DNA of 63,099 bases, counting the filler, from Chiloscyllium plagiosum (taxonomy: Eukaryota), in the NCBI RefSeq assembly GCF_004010195.1. It is 3 parts of one record of this genome, joined end to end, with 100 filler letters (N's around TTAATTAATTAA, not from the genome) between each part and the next. Parts side by side here need not be neighbours in the genome. Positions count along the whole stretch, not along the records: positions 52,096 to 63,099 come from NC_057717.1; 2 more parts are not named here. One strand, given 5' to 3'. Below the pieces are notes generated by a model. It ran no database searches, had not been told where the DNA came from, and saw nothing but the letters and a program-made list of their open reading frames with translations. Below, piece after piece: positions 62,149-63,099 of the stretch. How positions within the stretch are numbered: position 1 is the stretch's first letter; each line of letters opens with the position of its first letter. A program made the position numbers and the translations under genes.

Positions 62149-63099
62149 AGGACATTAACATTCCACATATTGACCGGAAACGCTACAGTTCAATTACTTT
62201 ATATGGGTCAGTTTTTGTCCAATGTGTGCAGAATGGTTTCCTGACACAGCATGTAAATAGGCCAACAAGGGATGAGGCCAAATTCAATTTGGTAATGGGT
62301 AGTGAACCAGACCAGGTGTTAGATTTGGAGGTAGGTGAACAGTTCGGTGATGGTGACCACAATTCAGTTATATTTATCTTAGCGAAGGAAAAGGACATGT
62401 GTATACCGCAGGGCAAGAGTCATAACTGAGGGAAAGACAATTATCATGCGATTGGGAAAGGTTTTAGGATGCATAGGATGGGGAAGTAAACTGCAGGGGA
62501 TGGGCACAATTCAAATGTGCAGCTTTTGCAAACAACAGATACTGTGTGCCCTTGATAAGTTTATACCTGTCAGGAAAGGAGGAAGTGGTTGAGTGAGCAT
62601 GCTGTGGTTTACTGAACAAGTTGAATCTCTTGTCAAGAGGAAGAAGGAGGCTTATGTAAATATGAAACGTGAAGGCTCAGTTCGGATGGTTGAGAGTTAC
62701 AAGTTAGTCTGGAAGGACTTAAGGAAAGAGCTCAGAAGAGCCATGAGAGAGCATGAGACTTCTTTGGCAAGTAGATTCGAGGAAACCCCTCAAGATCTCT
62801 ATCAGTATGTCACGAATAAAAGAATGACATAATGAAGATTAGGGCCAATCAAGGACAATAGTGTGGAGTTGCGTGTGGAGTCTGAGGAGATAGGGCAGGC
62901 TCTAAATAAATATTTGAATCAGTATTCACAATGTAAAAAGACAATGCTGTCGAGGCCAATACTGAGACACAGGCTATTAGACTAGATGGGATTGAAGTTC
63001 GTAACGTGGAGATTTTAGCAATTTTAGAGAGTGTGAAAATAGTTAAGTCCCCTGGGCCCAATGGGATTTATCGTAGGATTCTCTGAGAAGCTAGGGAGG
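61812..63099 (+). mobile_element. 5'-truncated degenerate CR1 LINE ORF2 (endonuclease and linker)
   Basis: GGGVALLIK, VIYSPLKS, MEDINIPHID, FLTQHVNRPTR, GDGDHNSVIF, KSPGPNG; continues past the window end. Confidence 0.9.

Overview
Eukaryotic, repeat-dominated vertebrate DNA. The repeat families (CR1/HER1-type LINEs, HE1-type V-SINEs, three Penelope-like families, a Tx1/Keno-like LINE) point to a cartilaginous fish, probably a shark; this is inferred from repeat recognition only. There are four assembly gaps, two carrying a TTAATTAATTAA linker. The only host-gene signal is three paralogous minus-strand copies of the first coding exon of a GPR139/GPR142-like GPCR (9552-9683, 31875-32049, 60519-60691). 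Each ends in YYPIL(A/T)IxxV(P/A) at a phase-1 donor, and only the middle copy is frame-intact. The exons lie in an old, tandemly duplicated multi-kb module present about five times, and I found no 7TM second exon anywhere, including two gap-free inter-module stretches. Other notable items: a 638-bp near-perfect palindrome that cuts the third exon's upstream region, minimal hammerhead ribozymes in Penelope elements, a U2-snRNA-headed Tx1/Keno element with fused ORF1/ORF2, a 52-bp templated-insertion scar, young tandem duplications, a 35-bp minisatellite and a Harbinger Myb/SANT exon relic. Boundaries of old repeats are approximate and read by eye; no alignment or database search was run.
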